DNA of 28,797 nucleotides, taken from a candidate division WOR-3 bacterium. GTDB lineage: Bacteria; Hydrothermota; UBA3072; B12-G15. Numbering within the stretch: position 1 is the stretch's first letter; each line of letters begins with the position of its first letter. Positions 26,720-28,797 of this stretch are shown one piece after another. Location of the stretch: positions 1-28,797 of the forward strand of contig CBFGJG010000024.1 of NCBI GenBank assembly GCA_965649055.1, given 5' to 3'. The notes beneath the pieces were generated by a model that did not search any database, was not told where the DNA came from, and was given only the letters and a program-made list of their open reading frames with translations. The position numbers and the translations under genes were made by a program.

Positions 26720-28496
26720 TAATGGTCTTCTTTATAACCTCTTTATCAACTTTATATTTTTCAAGAAATGCCTTTCTATCCATCTTTATCCTCTTAACCC
26801 ATTCTTTATATTCATTCAATCTTCCTGCCTTTTCATAGAATATTACAGGTTCAAGTATTTCAGGTGGGACTAATTTTAATAGTTCCTTATTCTCTTCTGC
26901 ATTAGTGTCAACTATATAATACCCAAAATCAGGGTCAACCTTCCATTTTATCTGATTCCTGAACAAAAATTCAAGCATTGCCGATGAATGTTTTATCTTC
27001 ACTTTTAAAGCCTTCCCATTCTTCTCATCAAGTTCATCACCACCAATAAAACCTGTATTCATCATCCAGTTTGTAAGTTCAGGGATATCCTTTGCGAGTA
27101 AAGCAAATCTCTCTGCTTGAAGACCCAATGCCCTCGGGAAAAAATCCTGGGTAAAAGGGGATCTTGTCTTTCCTCTTTCCTTACCGGTTGCAGAAGTCTT
27201 CGAAGTTTCTCCAAGCATAAAGTATCCCGCTGCCTGTTCTGGAGAACTGAAGACAACTATTCCGGGTGTTGCTGCATCAGGTCCTTCATCCCTGTTAAGA
27301 ATACCAAGGTATTTCACCTTCGGTATCTCTTTAAGATTTGCAGCACCTTCTATAGCAGACATCGGAATTATTGATCTTCCATTTTGTGTCCAGACAACAA
27401 AATCCCATCCATCTTTTGGTATCTTGTATTCATCAATCACATCTTCTGCTTTTACTTCCCCTCTTATGAATCTGTCAATATTTTCAGGATTGTTTCCTGT
27501 TTGTATGAATATTTCTCTGTATCTTTTTACCTCTTCTGGTGTTAAAACTTCCTTAGAAAAATCATATGTTCCATCTTCGTTCACAAATACATTTTCAACC
27601 CACGCATCAGGTGAAATAGTTCCCTTATAAATTATGGGTTCTGTTTCAAGTTTTAAACCAAAAGTCTTTGCAAAACAACCATTTTCTGTTATCGAAAACT
27701 TACCCTTTTCCCAGAAACATACCATATCATCCTGTAAAGGCTGTGCAAGTTCACCCTGTTTTGAAAATGTTGTTGTGGTTTTACCTGTCCCTGAAAGACC
27801 CATAATACCAACCGTTACTTTTTCATCCCCTATCTTTACAACCTTGGCACCTGCATGAAGAACCAATCCACCCCTCTGATAGACCCATTCATTAAGCATC
27901 CTTAACATACCTTTCTTACTTTCACCAAAATAGTCTGAACCCATTGCATATGTTGTATTATTTTCAATATCAACAATTATAGCAATTTTTCCGGGCATAT
28001 CATCGAGCAGAAGACCAGGTGTCATTACAAGCCTCATTTTAGGGACAAATGGTTTCTTCAATTCATCCTTTTCCTCTACCATTTCCCTTGGAAATGCAAG
28101 TATCTGTTGCATACCGGCAACATTTGCACCTTCAAGTGTATACATCCATTGAACAGGAACAGCATAGTTTCTATCAATCCCTTCATATCCATTTATAACT
28201 ATTAATGTCCCTTTATCTTCTATGTATCTCTTCTGTATCTCAATAAGTTTATCTGCTTTCTCAGGTGGAATCATCTTACTTGACCATTTATCTGCTTCAC
28301 TTTCAGGACCTATTATATAGGTTAATTTCGCTTTTCTTGCCTTGCATCTTGAAATTTTATTTAAATTCCCATATTTTGTCTTCATCATGCAGGGAGTGTA
28401 TTTCAGGGATAATTCTTTGAGCTCAGACTGGGTTGGGTCTTCAATATACTTTACATTGTAAGGCTTTAGATTTTTTTCAGGTAATTCTCTTTTCAT
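26712..28496 (-). CDS. pckA: Phosphoenolpyruvate carboxykinase (ATP-type)
   Basis: 'DYFGESKKG', 'LHAG', P-loop 'GLSGTGKTT', 'QDD', 'ENGCFAKT', 'NGRSII'. Start at ATG 28496 preferred because GGAGG precedes it; 28508 is the alternative. Confidence 0.88.
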   Translation of the reverse strand: MKRELPEKNLKPYNVKYIEDPTQSELKELSLKYTPCMMKTKYGNLNKISRCKARKAKLTYIIGPESEADKWSSKMIPPEKADKLIEIQKRYIEDKGTLIVINGYEGIDRNYAVPVQWMYTLEGANVAGMQQILAFPREMVEEKDELKKPFVPKMRLVMTPGLLLDDMPGKIAIIVDIENNTTYAMGSDYFGESKKGMLRMLNEWVYQRGGLVLHAGAKVVKIGDEKVTVGIMGLSGTGKTTTTFSKQGELAQPLQDDMVCFWEKGKFSITENGCFAKTFGLKLETEPIIYKGTISPDAWVENVFVNEDGTYDFSKEVLTPEEVKRYREIFIQTGNNPENIDRFIRGEVKAEDVIDEYKIPKDGWDFVVWTQNGRSIIPMSAIEGAANLKEIPKVKYLGILNRDEGPDAATPGIVVFSSPEQAAGYFMLGETSKTSATGKERGKTRSPFTQDFFPRALGLQAERFALLAKDIPELTNWMMNTGFIGGDELDEKNGKALKVKIKHSSAMLEFLFRNQIKWKVDPDFGYYIVDTNAEENKELLKLVPPEILEPVIFYEKAGRLNEYKEWVKRIKMDRKAFLEKYKVDKEVIKKTINE

Positions 28497-28516
28497 ATTA
28501 ACCTCCATTTTGATTT

Positions 28517-28544
28517 ATTTTTATTTAAATATAAAAAAAGTCAA
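28517..28544 (-). promoter_or_regulatory. Putative sigma70 promoter of the pckA operon
   Basis: Minus strand TTGACT (28544-28539), 16 bp, weak -10 AAAAAT. Confidence 0.45.
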
Positions 28545-28561
28545 GGATAATTTAGATTTAT

Positions 28562-28587
28562 TTTGGAAAAGATCATGCACATGGTGG
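28562..28587 (-). repeat. 26-bp element, copy 2
   Basis: TTTGGAAAAGATCATGCACATGGTGG is the reverse complement of 20326-20351. Confidence 0.9.
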
Positions 28588-28625
28588 AAAGTTTTGATAG
28601 TGAAGATAGGGGTAATGAATGAAGA

Positions 28626-28653
28626 GAGGATTGCCCTGGGGAGGGCAATCCTC
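28626..28653. other. Perfect 12-bp hairpin
   Basis: GAGGATTGCCCT-GGGG-AGGGCAATCCTC. No strong U tract on either side. Confidence 0.75.
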
Positions 28654-28709
28654 AAAGGAGTTGCAAAAACCAATTTTTAAAGTTAATAACTCTAAAAAAG
28701 GAGTTACCC

Positions 28710-28797
28710 ATGACTTATAATATATTAGCAAATAATAAGTTAAAAGACAAGGAAATTTTATATGATTACAGGAAGAAGATAGTTATGTATTATTTTA
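28710..28797 (+). CDS. Start of an ORF running off the window edge (MTYNILANNKLKDKEILYDYRKKIVMYYF...), possibly a transposase
   Basis: AAGGAG RBS 6 nt before ATG 28710. The frame is open to the window end. The product is a guess. Confidence 0.4.
   Translation, partial: MTYNILANNKLKDKEILYDYRKKIVMYYF

Noticed and set aside
36..27858. Many short ORFs (about 60-140 aa) in the ORF track lying antisense or out of frame within long genes
   Set aside because: All overlap well-supported genes and show no recognisable motifs, so they are treated as shadow ORFs.
20326..28587. 26-bp repeats as CRISPR repeats or as ends of a transposon enclosing 8.2 kb
   Set aside because: There are only two copies, inverted and far apart, with no spacers or cas genes. 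The enclosed genes are mostly housekeeping, with no transposase and no target-site duplication seen.

Overview
AT-rich bacterial chromosomal segment. T9SS-like C-terminal sorting domains and abundant peptidases suggest an FCB-related lineage such as WOR-3 (inference only). In order: the 3' part of a large secreted multidomain protein; an operon of M14 carboxypeptidase, PatA-like acyltransferase, PimA/PIG-A-like GT4 glycosyltransferase and CE4 deacetylase; topA; a minus-strand operon parA-parB-3x M42 aminopeptidase-M23 peptidase-bactofilin-rph-RluA/RluD; rubrerythrin; a disrupted ECF sigma factor with its ECF-type promoter and a probable anti-sigma; gcvT-gcvH-gcvPA with no adjacent gcvPB; an AT-rich gap; an alginate-export-like outer-membrane barrel plus an orphan ABC-type binding protein; and a minus-strand operon pckA-M16 peptidase-degenerate aminotransferase-aminotransferase-dut. 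The most notable items are a candidate PIM/GPI-like glycolipid pathway, an intact but apparently inactive tandem aminotransferase paralog, and an exact 26-bp element lying 17 bp upstream of the -35 box of two distant promoters. Also notable are a recurring 16-bp promoter spacer with probable leaderless genes and the ECF pseudogene. No rRNA, tRNA or CRISPR array was recognised. All family assignments come from motif recognition by eye, not database searches.
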